30,576 bases of DNA. Source: Eubacteriales bacterium (GTDB lineage: Bacteria; Bacillota; Clostridia; Oscillospirales; CAG-382). Of the stretch, positions 9,230 through 19,025 are shown in pieces. Location: the NCBI GenBank assembly GCA_045605905.1, contig JAZUQW010000135.1:1-30576 (forward strand), read 5' to 3'. Numbering within the stretch: position 1 is the stretch's first letter; each line of letters opens with the position of its first letter. Position numbers and translations under genes: made by a program. The notes beneath the pieces were generated by a model. It worked only from the letters and a program-made list of their open reading frames with translations, had not been told where the DNA came from and did no database searches.

Positions 9230-11791
9230 ATGGCTGAAAAGAAAAAAACAAACACAAAAAATACAAAAAAGGCCCCTGCTCGTAAGCCCGCGGGAAAAAG
9301 CGGCGCCGGCGCAAAGCACACTGTTGCTCCCCAAAAGGCTGACCATTCTACTTTGGGGCTGATAATTACCCTTGTGGTGACCGCCCTGTTTTTGCTTATG
9401 CTTTGCGTAAAGGATATGGCGGTTATAGGTGAGTATTTGCGTCCTGCGGTTATGGGGATAATGGGCTTTTGGGGCATGGCATTTTTGCCTTTGTACCTAA
9501 TAAACCTTATTCGCACCTGGTATAAGGATAGAAAGAACGATAAAGTTGCCGCAAAGTGGTGCATATCCGCTTTCAGCTTTTTGCTGTTTTTGGCGATGTT
9601 CCATCGCTTTACCGCAGGTAGTGATGCTTTGTTTGCCCTTAAGGGTGATATGTTTGCCGCAGGCAAGGCAGGCAACGGTACAGGCGTTTTTGGTGGATAT
9701 CTGTATGCCGCCCTTTGCGCGCTTATGGGCTCTGTGGCAACCTCTATCGTGTGTTGGGCGCTGTTTTTGTTGACATTGCCCTTGCTGTTTGATACTACGC
9801 CTTTAAGAGTTGTTCGTATGATAATCAACGGTATCCGCACCGTTACCGTACAGGTAAGTGACGATGATTATGAACAAGCAGAAGAGTTGACCGCAAGAGT
9901 AGACAAGCCTTCAAGAAAGCCTGTGGGTAGGGATGGGGTAGAGCTTAGAGAGCCGCCCATACGTCCCGCTAACGAGCGTAGGAAGAAAGCGCACCTTATT
10001 ACAGAGGATGATTTGCCCAAATCCGAAATAACCCCCATTCCGGAGCAAATCGAAATAAACCGTACCCGCAAGTCAAAACCGGCGGAAAAACAGCCTTTGT
10101 ATGAAGAAGTATCCTCGACCCCCGTTTATGAAGAAATGCCTGTAGTAGAAGAGGTGCCTGCTGTTGAAGTACAGTCCCCCGAAGAGCCTGTGGAAGAGCC
10201 TATCGCACCCGTTGAAGAAGTGGTTGCAGAGGAACCCACAGTGCTTGAGCCTGTCCCTGTTGATGTAGAGACCGAGGCTGTTAAAAACGATGCTCCCTAT
10301 ATGTTTCCGCCTTTAAGCTTGCTTGCTCCAAAGGAAAGAAGCGGATTGGGTATGTCCCCTGAGGAATCTCGCCGCACAAGCGAGCTGCTTATAGATACGC
10401 TTTCTAATTTCGGCGTGGGCGCAAAGCTTATCAACACAAGCCACGGCCCCACCGTTACGCGCTTTGAGCTTCAGCCCGATACAGGTGTAAGAGTGCGCAA
10501 AATATCCAACTTAAGCGACGATATAGCCCTGCATTTGGCGGCAACCAGCGTAAGAATAGAAGCGCCTATCCCCGGCAAATCCGCAGTTGGTATAGAGATA
10601 CCCAACAAGACTAAAAGCATTGTAAGACTTAGAGAGTTGCTTGAGGACTACGGCTATAAAAATTCAAAAAGCAACCTGCTTTGCTGTCTGGGTATGGACG
10701 TTGTGGGTAACCCTGTCCATTTGGATATAGCAAAAATGCCCCACTTGCTTATCGCAGGCGCTACGGGTATGGGTAAATCCGTATGCATCAACTCCCTTAT
10801 AGTGTCCTTGCTATACCGCGCTCGTCCCGATGAGGTTAAGCTTATACTTATCGACCCCAAAAAGGTAGAGTTTGCAGACTACAACGGTATACCTCACCTG
10901 CTTGTTCCCGTTGTGACCGAGCCTAAAAAAGCGGCTGGCTCTTTAAGCTGGGCGGTTATGGAAATGGAGCGCCGTTTCTCTGAAATTCAAGAGGTTGGCG
11001 CCCGCAACTTGGAAGAGTATAATGAGTTTACAGCCGATGACCCGGAAAAGGAATACATACCCCAAGTTGTAATAGTTATAGATGAGTTGGCAGACCTTAT
11101 GATGACCGCTCCTTCAGAAGTTGAAAATTCGATCTGTCGCTTGGCTCAAAAGGCAAGAGCGGCAGGTATGTATCTTATCATAGGCACCCAAAGACCTTCT
11201 GTTGACGTTATTACAGGTCTTATTAAGGCAAACATCCCTTCACGTATTGCATGTAAGGTTGCATCCCAAGTGGATAGCCGCACCATACTTGATATTACCG
11301 GCGCAGAAAAGCTGTTGGGTAAAGGCGATATGCTTTATAATCCCGTTGGCGCAACCAAGCCTTTGCGTGTACAGGGCGCTTTTGTAGAGGGTAGAGAGGT
11401 TATATCTGTATGCACCTATCTTAAGGAGGCTGCGGAAGCTCATTACAGTGAGGATGTAATGCAGATAATCGAAAAAGAAGCCCAGCTTTGCGGTGAAAAA
11501 GGTTCTAAACGTGCCGCCGAGGCGGATACAGAGGATAGTGGTAATATTGACCCCTTGGAGCTTGATGCCCTTGAAATCGGTTTGGATAGCGATTCTATCT
11601 CCACATCTCTGTTACAGCGCAGACTTTCCATAGGCTATGCCCGCGCCGCCCGTATTATTGATAAGTTAGAGGCAAAGGGGCTTGTAAGTCCTTATGATTC
11701 CGCCACTAAAAAGCGTGTGGTTACTATTTCAAGAGAGTCTTTTATGCAAATGAAGATGAACGCTGTTGACGCAGGAGGCAGTGGGGAATGA
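9230..11791 (+). CDS. ftsK: FtsK/SpoIIIE DNA translocase
   Basis: N-terminal TMs, acidic Pro/Glu/Val linker, GPTVTRFE, Walker A GATGMGKS, IDELADLMM, GTQRPSVDVITG, gamma domain S.SLLQRRLSIGYARAARIID. Confidence 0.95.
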   Translation: MAEKKKTNTKNTKKAPARKPAGKSGAGAKHTVAPQKADHSTLGLIITLVVTALFLLMLCVKDMAVIGEYLRPAVMGIMGFWGMAFLPLYLINLIRTWYKDRKNDKVAAKWCISAFSFLLFLAMFHRFTAGSDALFALKGDMFAAGKAGNGTGVFGGYLYAALCALMGSVATSIVCWALFLLTLPLLFDTTPLRVVRMIINGIRTVTVQVSDDDYEQAEELTARVDKPSRKPVGRDGVELREPPIRPANERRKKAHLITEDDLPKSEITPIPEQIEINRTRKSKPAEKQPLYEEVSSTPVYEEMPVVEEVPAVEVQSPEEPVEEPIAPVEEVVAEEPTVLEPVPVDVETEAVKNDAPYMFPPLSLLAPKERSGLGMSPEESRRTSELLIDTLSNFGVGAKLINTSHGPTVTRFELQPDTGVRVRKISNLSDDIALHLAATSVRIEAPIPGKSAVGIEIPNKTKSIVRLRELLEDYGYKNSKSNLLCCLGMDVVGNPVHLDIAKMPHLLIAGATGMGKSVCINSLIVSLLYRARPDEVKLILIDPKKVEFADYNGIPHLLVPVVTEPKKAAGSLSWAVMEMERRFSEIQEVGARNLEEYNEFTADDPEKEYIPQVVIVIDELADLMMTAPSEVENSICRLAQKARAAGMYLIIGTQRPSVDVITGLIKANIPSRIACKVASQVDSRTILDITGAEKLLGKGDMLYNPVGATKPLRVQGAFVEGREVISVCTYLKEAAEAHYSEDVMQIIEKEAQLCGEKGSKRAAEADTEDSGNIDPLELDALEIGLDSDSISTSLLQRRLSIGYARAARIIDKLEAKGLVSPYDSATKKRVVTISRESFMQMKMNAVDAGGSGE

Positions 11792-12369
11792 GTAAAAAGA
11801 AAATAATTATCATATCTGTTGCGGCTTTTCTTGCGGTGGCAATAGCAGTAGGCGTGCTGGTGTTTTCCGGTAACGATGAGCGTTTGGTGTTTAACGGCGG
11901 CTCTGAAAAAACAAAGCCTATAGAAAAAGTGCTTTCCGCAATAATGGCACTTGATGGCGACGGTTACTACGGCGCATTTCCTCCCGCTTTGGAAAAGCAT
12001 TACGAGGAAGTGCATATGGTAGAGAGTGTTTATGCAGGACTTACCACTATATCCGATGTGCTTGACAGAAATATGCTTTCTGTACACAAGGCTAACTATG
12101 GCGAAGATTTTACCCTTGAGGTAAGCGTTTTGTCGGAGAATCAGATTAGCGTGGCAGAGCTTGATGATAAGCCCGGCGACCCTAATTGGGATCACTATTC
12201 GTATCTGCGGTTTGTTACCGAGGAAAACACCGAGGAGGTTTGGAGCATAAAGCTAAAGCTTGTCTATGAGGGTAACTACGACAGCGAGGAAAAAGAAAAA
12301 GAAGTATACGTTGTAAAACAGGACGGTACTTGGTACTTGCACCCTCATTTTATATTCGATAGCTTTTAA
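11788..12369 (+). CDS. Hypothetical membrane-anchored extracellular protein
   Basis: MSKKK followed by a hydrophobic N-terminal helix and an acidic soluble domain; ATGA overlap with ftsK. Confidence 0.7.
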   Translation: MSKKKIIIISVAAFLAVAIAVGVLVFSGNDERLVFNGGSEKTKPIEKVLSAIMALDGDGYYGAFPPALEKHYEEVHMVESVYAGLTTISDVLDRNMLSVHKANYGEDFTLEVSVLSENQISVAELDDKPGDPNWDHYSYLRFVTEENTEEVWSIKLKLVYEGNYDSEEKEKEVYVVKQDGTWYLHPHFIFDSF

Positions 12370-12375
12370 AAACCT

Positions 12376-12816
12376 ATGGATAACAGAAAGACTGATTTAT
12401 TAAAAGAGTTTTTGCGCTATGCCTTTGTGGGCGGCATAGCCTTTGTGGCGGATTTTGCGGTTTTTGCCTTGTTTAGAGAGCTTGTTTTTCGCAATGATCA
12501 CGGTGTTGCTCTTGTAGTATCCACAGCCGCAGGCTTTTTGGTGGGGCTTGCCGTAAACTATGTTTTGTCACTTTTATTTGTTTTCCGCAGCGAGAAGCAA
12601 CAAAAGCAGGGTAAAACGAAAAAGGCATTTCTTGTATTTGCCGCCGTGGGTGTTGTTGGCTTGTTGCTTACAGAGCTGCTTCAGTGGTTGGGCGAAAGCA
12701 TCGTTGGCGACCGCTTGGGTCAGCTTGGAAAATACGCCGTAAAGCTTTGTGTTACGGGTATTGTTTTGATTTGGAATTACGCAGGCAGAAAAATCTTTGT
12801 ATTTAAGGGAGAATAG
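12376..12816 (+). CDS. GtrA family lipid-linked sugar translocase
   Basis: [41 protein letters not shown]; four TMs. Confidence 0.85.
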   Translation: MDNRKTDLLKEFLRYAFVGGIAFVADFAVFALFRELVFRNDHGVALVVSTAAGFLVGLAVNYVLSLLFVFRSEKQQKQGKTKKAFLVFAAVGVVGLLLTELLQWLGESIVGDRLGQLGKYAVKLCVTGIVLIWNYAGRKIFVFKGE

Positions 12817-12818
12817 GC

Positions 12819-14378
12819 ATGAAAAATAAAAAACACGCCATAATCATCGGAGCAGGCCCCGCAGGGCTTACTGCCGCTTATGAACTGCTTACAAAAACCG
12901 ATATTCTGCCTATCGTTATAGAAGAAAGCCCTTTTATGGGCGGTATTTCCCGTACGGCAAACTATAAAGGCAACCGTATGGATTTGGGCGGCCACCGCTT
13001 TTTTTCAAAAGATAAGCGCGTTACAGATTTTTGGCAGGCGTTGCTTCCTACCCAGGGTGCGCCCTCTGCCGATGACATAATAACGGGCAACCAAAAACCC
13101 CTTGCCGAAGGCGGCCCCGACCCGGAAAAAGAGGATAAGGTTATGCTGGTACGCACGCGCGTATCCCGTATATTCTATTTGCGCAAGTTTTTTGATTATC
13201 CCATCTCTATGAAGGCCGAGACTTTTAAAAATATGGGATTTGGCAGAACGGTAAAAAGCGGCTTTGGATATATAAAAAGTTGTATCTTCAAAAAGCCCGA
13301 GACTAACCTTAAAAACTTTTACATTAACCGCTTTGGCAAGCCTTTGTATGAGATGTTTTTTGAAGATTATACCGAAAAGCTGTGGGGCGTTAATCCGGAG
13401 AACATCTCTGCCGATTGGGGCGCACAGCGCGTAAAGGGCTTGTCTTTGCGCAAGGCGCTGTGGTCGATGATAAAGAAGGATAAAAAGAAGGTAGAAACCT
13501 CGCTTATAGAGCAGTTTATATATCCAAAAAAGGGGCCCGGTCAGCTTTGGGAGACATTGGCAGATCGCGTTGCCGAACTTGGCGGCGTTATACTCACCGA
13601 AACCAAGGCGCAAGGCGTGGTTACGCAGGGTAATACCGTAAAGGGAGTTAGAGTTTTAAGAGAGGGGAAGGAGAGCGTTTTAGACAGCGATTATGTGCTT
13701 TCCTCCATGCCCGTAAAGGATTTGATAGCAGGCTTTGATACCGCCCCCGAAGAGGTGCGTCAAATAGCCGCCGACCTGCCCTACAGAGACTTTATAACCG
13801 TAGGACTGTTGGTGGACAAGCTTCTTTTAGAGAACAAGACAAAAATGAAAACCGTGGGCAATATAGTGCCCGACTGTTGGATATATATTCAAGAGCGTGA
13901 TGTAAAAATAGGCAGACTGCAAATATTTAACAATTGGTCGCCTTATATGGTGGCAGACCCGCAAAACACCGTGTTTATGGGTCTGGAGTATTTTTGTAAC
14001 GAAGGCGACGAAATGTGGAATATGACAGAGGAGCAGTTTATAAACTTTGCCATTGACGAGGTGGAAAAGATCGATATCCTCCGCCGCGAGGATGTTAGGG
14101 ACAGCGTTTGCCTTAAGGTGAAAAAGGCGTACCCCGCCTATTTCGGTGCATACAGCCAATTTGATACGGTAAAGGGCTTTTTGGACGGATTTGATAACCT
14201 GTTTTGCATTGGCAGAAACGGTCAGCACCGATACAACAATATGGACCATTCCATGATTACCGCAATGGAGGCGGTAAACGCTATAGCCGCCGGCATTACG
14301 GATAAAACCTCGGTCTGGGAGGTTAACACAGAAAAAGAGTATCACGAAACCGCACAAAATAAAGGTGAGGAGAATTAA
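12819..14378 (+). CDS. FAD-dependent oxidoreductase resembling UDP-galactopyranose mutase-like flavoproteins
   Basis: IIGAGPAGL Rossmann motif, [15 protein letters not shown]...[24 protein letters not shown]. Confidence 0.7.
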   Translation: MKNKKHAIIIGAGPAGLTAAYELLTKTDILPIVIEESPFMGGISRTANYKGNRMDLGGHRFFSKDKRVTDFWQALLPTQGAPSADDIITGNQKPLAEGGPDPEKEDKVMLVRTRVSRIFYLRKFFDYPISMKAETFKNMGFGRTVKSGFGYIKSCIFKKPETNLKNFYINRFGKPLYEMFFEDYTEKLWGVNPENISADWGAQRVKGLSLRKALWSMIKKDKKKVETSLIEQFIYPKKGPGQLWETLADRVAELGGVILTETKAQGVVTQGNTVKGVRVLREGKESVLDSDYVLSSMPVKDLIAGFDTAPEEVRQIAADLPYRDFITVGLLVDKLLLENKTKMKTVGNIVPDCWIYIQERDVKIGRLQIFNNWSPYMVADPQNTVFMGLEYFCNEGDEMWNMTEEQFINFAIDEVEKIDILRREDVRDSVCLKVKKAYPAYFGAYSQFDTVKGFLDGFDNLFCIGRNGQHRYNNMDHSMITAMEAVNAIAAGITDKTSVWEVNTEKEYHETAQNKGEEN

Positions 14379-14379
14379 G

Positions 14380-16446
14380 GTGATTATCAAAACTCTGCTT
14401 GGTAAACGGTCCTACGCGCAACCCCAGGACGGGGCGGTGAATGAGACAAAAGCCCCCGGTTTGTTAAAGGAAGGCAAGGGGTTGTTTGATTTTTGTTTTG
14501 GTCACCCCTATGCTACGTCGGCTTTTTTGTGTCTCGGCTGTCTTTGCTTTGGGCAAGCCCATAAATATTTAAAGGGCGCATCGGTGCGTAACATAGGCAC
14601 CAACGGACAATATTTGTCCTTGCCTGCACTTGCGTTCCTTTTGATTGCCCTGTTCTTTTTGGTACAGCTTTGCTGTGTTGTAAAGGCGGCGCTAAAAAAA
14701 GACATAAGCACAGACCCTACTCCAAACTTGGTAGCCTCTGCCTCTGTGGTAGTTTCTGTGCTGACGGTGCGGTTTTTCGGTATGAGCGTTATAAGTCTGT
14801 ATACCGTGGGTGCCGTTATTGCCCTTTGCCTTTGGTTCAGGTACAGCAAGCCATCCCATATAAAAGGCGGCGCTTTCGCTTTTGTTGCTCTTGCGGCGGC
14901 AGGCGGTGTGCATTACTTTTGTAAAGCTTCCGATACCGTCTCCGAAGCCTTTGTGCTTTCGGCTGTGGTAATCTCCGCGGCGGTGCTTATTGTGGCAGGT
15001 TTTTCCGGGGGGATAAAGACCAAGCACGTTATAGGCATAGTGTTTTTGCTTGGCTTTGCTTTGCGTCTTGGTTATGTATTGTCCGTTTCTTTAGAGCGTA
15101 ATCAGCACGACGTCTTCTCCATATATTTTAATTTGGATAAAAGATATCCCCGTCACAACAGCTATATTTGGCAGTTGTACAAAACAGGAGAACTGCCCAC
15201 AGAGGGCGTATATGTACCGGATAAGCTGTCTCAATATTATCATCCGCCTTTGCACCATTATACAGCGGCACTGTGGATGCGTTTTCAAGTTGTATTGGGT
15301 ATAGATGTTTATTCCGCCTACGAAAACATACAGTATCTTACACTGTTTTATTCCACGGCAATGATGGTGGCGGCAAATAAACTGTTTGAAGAGTTTAAGT
15401 TTAGCGGCAGCTTGCGGGTAGCGCTTTTTGCATTGATAGCTTTACACCCTACGTTTTTTATCTTTGCGGGCAGTGTAAACAACGACCCTCTATGTGTTTT
15501 GCTTATGTTTGTTGCGGCGCTGTATTCGGTGCGTTGGTATAAAAACCCAAGCTATGTCAATACGGTTTGCTTGGCGCTTTCCATCGGCGGTGCAATGCTT
15601 GCAAAGCTTTCAGGCGCTATGGTGGCATTCGGTACCGCATATCTTATGCTTGCCAAGCTGTTTGACCTGCGCACGGGCATTATCAACAACATAAAAAGAC
15701 TGTGGAAAAAGTTTTTGCTTTTCGGCGCTATATGCTTCCCCTTGGGGCTTTGGTGGCCGCTGCGTTGCCTAAAACTTTTCGATATGCCCCTTGGTTATGT
15801 ACCAAGTATGGCAAGGTCGTCAAACAACAAGCAGTTTCTTGAAGGCTTCAGCGTTTGGGAGCGTATCAGCGGCGAAGGCTCTAACAGCTTAAGCAATATG
15901 TTCCCAAATATCGGATTTACCGATGTGAACGGTGCGGAGGGTGAGTTCTACGATTATGGTATTAGCGGCTACGCTCTTAAAAGTTCACTGTTTGGTGAGT
16001 ATTTTAATAAGCTTGGTGTCAGCTCCTTTCAAAACATTCTTGCTTATATAATGATGTTTTCGGCACTGTTGCTAATACTGTACAGCCTTGTGGGTATGGT
16101 TGTTGGCCTTTATGTAAGCTATTGCAACGACCATAATCATAATATACGCCAAAATCCGTTCCTGCTGCAGGGCCAAGAACAGTCTTTTAGGTTTATGTTG
16201 ATAACCCACGCCGCGCTTGTGGCAAGCTATGTTCTGTTTTGCTTTAAGTATCCTTTCACTTGCACAATGGATTTTCGCTACATAGTCCCCACTTTGCTTA
16301 CGGGCGCCGTATGTGCCGGCGTGCTGTTAAACGGTGATTATAAGTGGAAAAAGCCCTTCAGGTATGTATATATTGCGGCAACTGCAGTCTTCTGTCTGGC
16401 GGCGGGGTTGTTCTATTTGATAAGCTATAACACACCGATTATTTAA
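14380..16446 (+). CDS. Polytopic GT-C fold glycosyltransferase (PMT/ArnT-like)
   Basis: Many TMs; loop QHDVF...YYHPPLHHY, SVNNDPL, AMLAKLSG, CTMDFRY. Start placed at GTG 14380 (GAGGAG RBS at 14367-14372) rather than 14365. Confidence 0.7.
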   Translation: MIIKTLLGKRSYAQPQDGAVNETKAPGLLKEGKGLFDFCFGHPYATSAFLCLGCLCFGQAHKYLKGASVRNIGTNGQYLSLPALAFLLIALFFLVQLCCVVKAALKKDISTDPTPNLVASASVVVSVLTVRFFGMSVISLYTVGAVIALCLWFRYSKPSHIKGGAFAFVALAAAGGVHYFCKASDTVSEAFVLSAVVISAAVLIVAGFSGGIKTKHVIGIVFLLGFALRLGYVLSVSLERNQHDVFSIYFNLDKRYPRHNSYIWQLYKTGELPTEGVYVPDKLSQYYHPPLHHYTAALWMRFQVVLGIDVYSAYENIQYLTLFYSTAMMVAANKLFEEFKFSGSLRVALFALIALHPTFFIFAGSVNNDPLCVLLMFVAALYSVRWYKNPSYVNTVCLALSIGGAMLAKLSGAMVAFGTAYLMLAKLFDLRTGIINNIKRLWKKFLLFGAICFPLGLWWPLRCLKLFDMPLGYVPSMARSSNNKQFLEGFSVWERISGEGSNSLSNMFPNIGFTDVNGAEGEFYDYGISGYALKSSLFGEYFNKLGVSSFQNILAYIMMFSALLLILYSLVGMVVGLYVSYCNDHNHNIRQNPFLLQGQEQSFRFMLITHAALVASYVLFCFKYPFTCTMDFRYIVPTLLTGAVCAGVLLNGDYKWKKPFRYVYIAATAVFCLAAGLFYLISYNTPII

Positions 16447-16497
16447 TATCAAAAATTAAAACAAGGCTTAACAGCAAGCCTTTACAACAATCAATTA

Positions 16498-16525
16498 CCC
16501 CAAGGAGCCGAAAGGCTCCTTGGGG
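16498..16525 (+). terminator. Hairpin after the GT-C gene sharing its outer arms with the repeat unit
   Basis: Perfect 12-bp stem CCCCAAGGAGCC-GAAA-GGCTCCTTGGGG followed by CTTCTT. Confidence 0.65.
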
Positions 16526-16529
16526 CTTC

Positions 16530-16697
16530 TTGTCGGGGTCCCCCGAGAAGTCGTCAGACTTCTTGGGGTAATTGTCGGGGTCCCCGAGAAGTCGTCAGAC
16601 TTCTTGGGGTAATTGTCGGGGTCCCCGAGAAGTCGTCAGACCTCTTGGGGCTTCTTGTCGGGGTCCCCGAGAAGTCGTCAGACTTCTTGGGGTGATT
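16530..16697 (+). repeat. Tandem array of four 41-42 bp palindromic (REP-like) units
   Basis: Unit TTGTCGGGGTCCCCGAGAAGTCGTCAGACTTCTTGGGGTAA starting at 16530, 16572, 16613 and 16655; no unique spacers. Confidence 0.9.
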
Positions 16698-16762
16698 ATA
16701 AAATATGCAAGAGGGAAAAATACTTCTGCTGTTGCAATGCTTTATTATACTTGAGTGCTCCG

Positions 16763-16885
16763 ACAACCGCTTCGAAAAGTCTGACGACTTCTTTGGAACC
16801 CTACAACCATCCCCCAAAGGCTGTTGCCTTCTTGAGGCCCTCTACAACCACCCCCAAAAAAGTCGGTTGCTTCTTGTGGCCACAA
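16763..16885 (-). repeat. Three decayed, inverted copies of the same unit
   Basis: AAGTCTGACGACTTCT (exact reverse complement of the unit core) in the first copy; ACAA boundaries at 16763, 16803, 16844 and 16882 (period 38-41 bp). Confidence 0.55.
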
Positions 16886-16917
16886 AAAACACCCTGTGGT
16901 TATCCACAGGGTGTTTT
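16886..16917 (-). terminator. Intrinsic terminator of the 16950-18098 gene
   Basis: AAAACACCCTGTGG-ttat-CCACAGGGTGTTTT, perfect 14-bp stem with a U-tract on the minus strand. Confidence 0.75.
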
Positions 16918-16949
16918 CCGTTATATTAGATGTTGTTTGTTATATCTAA

Positions 16950-18098
16950 TTATTTAACCTTTTTAGCAACTACAACGCCTGCCATGGAAACAACTGCGAG
17001 AACTGCAAATACTGCAAGACCAGCGTCGCCGGTGGAAGGAGTATCGTTGTCGGTGTTGTCTTCTTCAGATTCAGAAGGAGTAACAACGGGAGCTTCTTCG
17101 GATTCTTCAACGGGAGCGTCTTCGGAAACTACGGGAGCTTCGGATTCTTCAACGGGAGCGTCTTCAGAAACAACGGGAGCTTCTTCGGATTCTTCAACGG
17201 GAGCGTCTTCAGAAACAACGGGAGCTTCGGATTCTTCAACGGGAGCGTCTTCAGAAACAACGGGAGCTTCGGATTCTTCAACAGGAGCGTCTTCAGAAAC
17301 AACGGGAGCTTCGGATTCTTCAACGGGAGCGTCTTCGGATTCTTCAACGGGAGCGTCAGCGATAGCGTCGCCACCATAAACTTCGATTTCGTCGAAGGAA
17401 ACGATATAGCCTCTTTCGTTGCTCTCGTTCTGAGAAACGTAGAAGTTGTAGCCGTAAAGACTGCTGTCAGCAGTGCTGTTAGGATCGGGGTTGGTGGTGT
17501 TAAGGCTTATGCTGACATAGGAAGCGTTAACAGCTTCGAAGGAAGCGGTGATGTTGAAGAACTGATCACGGAGATCTTCAACGCCGGTGCCCCAACCGGG
17601 GTTAGCGGGAGTAGCGTTAGCAACAGCTTCGAAGGAGAGATCGTAATCAACGTCAGTCCAAGTAGCGTTGTCATCGGAAACTTTAACAGCAACAACGTTT
17701 ACACTTCTGTTGCCGCCGATTTTAGCGAGACGTACAACGATGGAAGAAACGCTGTGTTCACCTTCAAGATCAAAGGTGTAGGTGTAGGTTCTGAGAGAAC
17801 CGGTGAGCTCTATGGTAGTACCCATAACAGCATCGGAAGCGATAGGAGAATCTTCGGTACCGGAACGTACTGCACCGTCAGTTACCTGACCGCTGTAAAG
17901 GCCGAACCATGTGGAGGTATCGGAAGGGGGGCAGTTGTCATCGCCAACTGCTGCGGAGTTGTATGCGACAACTTCGTCATCGCTGGTAAGGGTGTAGTTG
18001 GTGCTGCCAGCTACGAGGTTGGAGTCAGCGCTTGCAGAAACTGCGAAGCAGCAAGCAACCAACATAGATGCGAGAAGAATTGCGATAAGCTTTTTCAT
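16950..18098 (-). CDS. Cell-wall-anchored protein: signal peptide, discoidin/F5-8-like domain, acidic repeat stalk, TPSTGD sorting signal
   Basis: MKKLIAILL..A signal; FDLEG..SVSSIVV...VSDDNATWT...FDEIEVYG; repeats; TPSTGD + hydrophobic helix + KKVK. Confidence 0.8.
   Translation of the reverse strand: MKKLIAILLASMLVACCFAVSASADSNLVAGSTNYTLTSDDEVVAYNSAAVGDDNCPPSDTSTWFGLYSGQVTDGAVRSGTEDSPIASDAVMGTTIELTGSLRTYTYTFDLEGEHSVSSIVVRLAKIGGNRSVNVVAVKVSDDNATWTDVDYDLSFEAVANATPANPGWGTGVEDLRDQFFNITASFEAVNASYVSISLNTTNPDPNSTADSSLYGYNFYVSQNESNERGYIVSFDEIEVYGGDAIADAPVEESEDAPVEESEAPVVSEDAPVEESEAPVVSEDAPVEESEAPVVSEDAPVEESEEAPVVSEDAPVEESEAPVVSEDAPVEESEEAPVVTPSESEEDNTDNDTPSTGDAGLAVFAVLAVVSMAGVVVAKKVK
17083..17357 (-). 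repeat. Intragenic 42/45-bp tandem repeat encoding SEDAPVEESE(E)APVV six times plus a partial copy
   Basis: Visible in both the DNA and the translation. Confidence 0.9.
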
Positions 18099-18177
18099 CT
18101 TTCTTTTTCCTTTCTTTGTTTAAATTTTTTGTTGATGAAAAATGGTTGTTGACAGACAAAGCCATATCAACTACCAT

Positions 18178-18206
18178 ATATTAACACATCCGCTTTAGCT
18201 TGTCAA
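18178..18206 (-). promoter_or_regulatory. Sigma-A promoter for the cell-wall protein gene
   Basis: Minus strand TTGACA, 17 bp, TAATAT with extended TG. Confidence 0.55.
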
Positions 18207-18265
18207 TATCTTTTTTGGGCTTTTTTACGCTTTTGCTTATATTCTGTGCAGAATATAAAATGTAA

Positions 18266-18913
18266 TTACAGTAAAATTTTGTTAAGCTCGTTAAAATCGG
18301 CGGCAACGGCTACAGCCCCTGTTTCTGCCAGCTCTTTTTCAAAAAAACTGCCGTTTACAATGCCCACGCAGGGTATACCGTTATCCCTTGCGCCTTCAAC
18401 ATCATAGCAACGGTCGCCTATCATAACGCAGTCATCGGGAGTGGCGCCTGCCATCTCCATTGCCGCGGCAACTATTGTCGCCTTGCTTAAGTGGGCAGAG
18501 CTGAAATCCGCGGCGGAAACATAGTCAAAGTAACTGTCAACTTTTAAATATTCCAAAACCGTTTTAACAAAGGGCAGTGGTTTAGATGACGCTATAAGAA
18601 GCACCTTGCCTTGTGCCTTCGCTTTTGCAAAGAACTCTGCGGCGCCGGGGTATAGACTATTTTGGTATATGCCTTTTGCTTTGTAATGCTCACGGTATAG
18701 CTTTATGGTTTCCTCTACTTGCTCCTCTGCTATGCCTGCGTAGGTCATAAAGGAATACTTAAGGGGCGGACCCAAAAATTTTGCCATGGTTCTGATGTCG
18801 GGCACGGGCACGCCTTGCTTTTCCATTGCATAGGTAGCGGAGGCTATAACTCCGGGTGCGGAATCGGTAACGGTGCCGTCAAGGTCAAAAAGTAAATATT
18901 TTTTGTTTTTCAT
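18266..18913 (-). CDS. HAD-superfamily hydrolase (phosphoglycolate phosphatase/nucleotidase-like)
   Basis: FDLDGTVTDS, F.GPPL, SSK, MIGDR.YDVEGA. Confidence 0.9.
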   Translation of the reverse strand: MKNKKYLLFDLDGTVTDSAPGVIASATYAMEKQGVPVPDIRTMAKFLGPPLKYSFMTYAGIAEEQVEETIKLYREHYKAKGIYQNSLYPGAAEFFAKAKAQGKVLLIASSKPLPFVKTVLEYLKVDSYFDYVSAADFSSAHLSKATIVAAAMEMAGATPDDCVMIGDRCYDVEGARDNGIPCVGIVNGSFFEKELAETGAVAVAADFNELNKILL

Positions 18914-18975
18914 AAAATCATCCCTCCCAACTTCTCAAATTATACAGCAAAACCTCCACAAATACAATAAGGTAG

Positions 18976-19004
18976 TTGCAAAATTTCGGCTTTGGCTGTA
19001 TAAT
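18976..19004 (+). promoter_or_regulatory. Sigma-A promoter for the HI0933-family gene
   Basis: TTGCAA (18976-18981), 17 bp, TATAAT (18999-19004). Confidence 0.65.
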
Positions 19005-19025
19005 GGTGCAAAAGGCGGTGCTTTT

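Noticed and set aside
16530-16697. CRISPR array
   Set aside because: The units abut with no unique spacers, and there are no cas genes in the window.
16900-16908. DnaA box TTATCCACA
   Set aside because: A single copy formed by the loop and arm of a terminator; no box cluster or dnaA context seen.
16554-17379. ORFs 16554-16817, 16572-16754, 16613-16957, 16705-16929, 16930-17379 and 17129-17377
   Set aside because: Read-throughs of non-coding repeats, or shadow frames of the coding tandem repeat.
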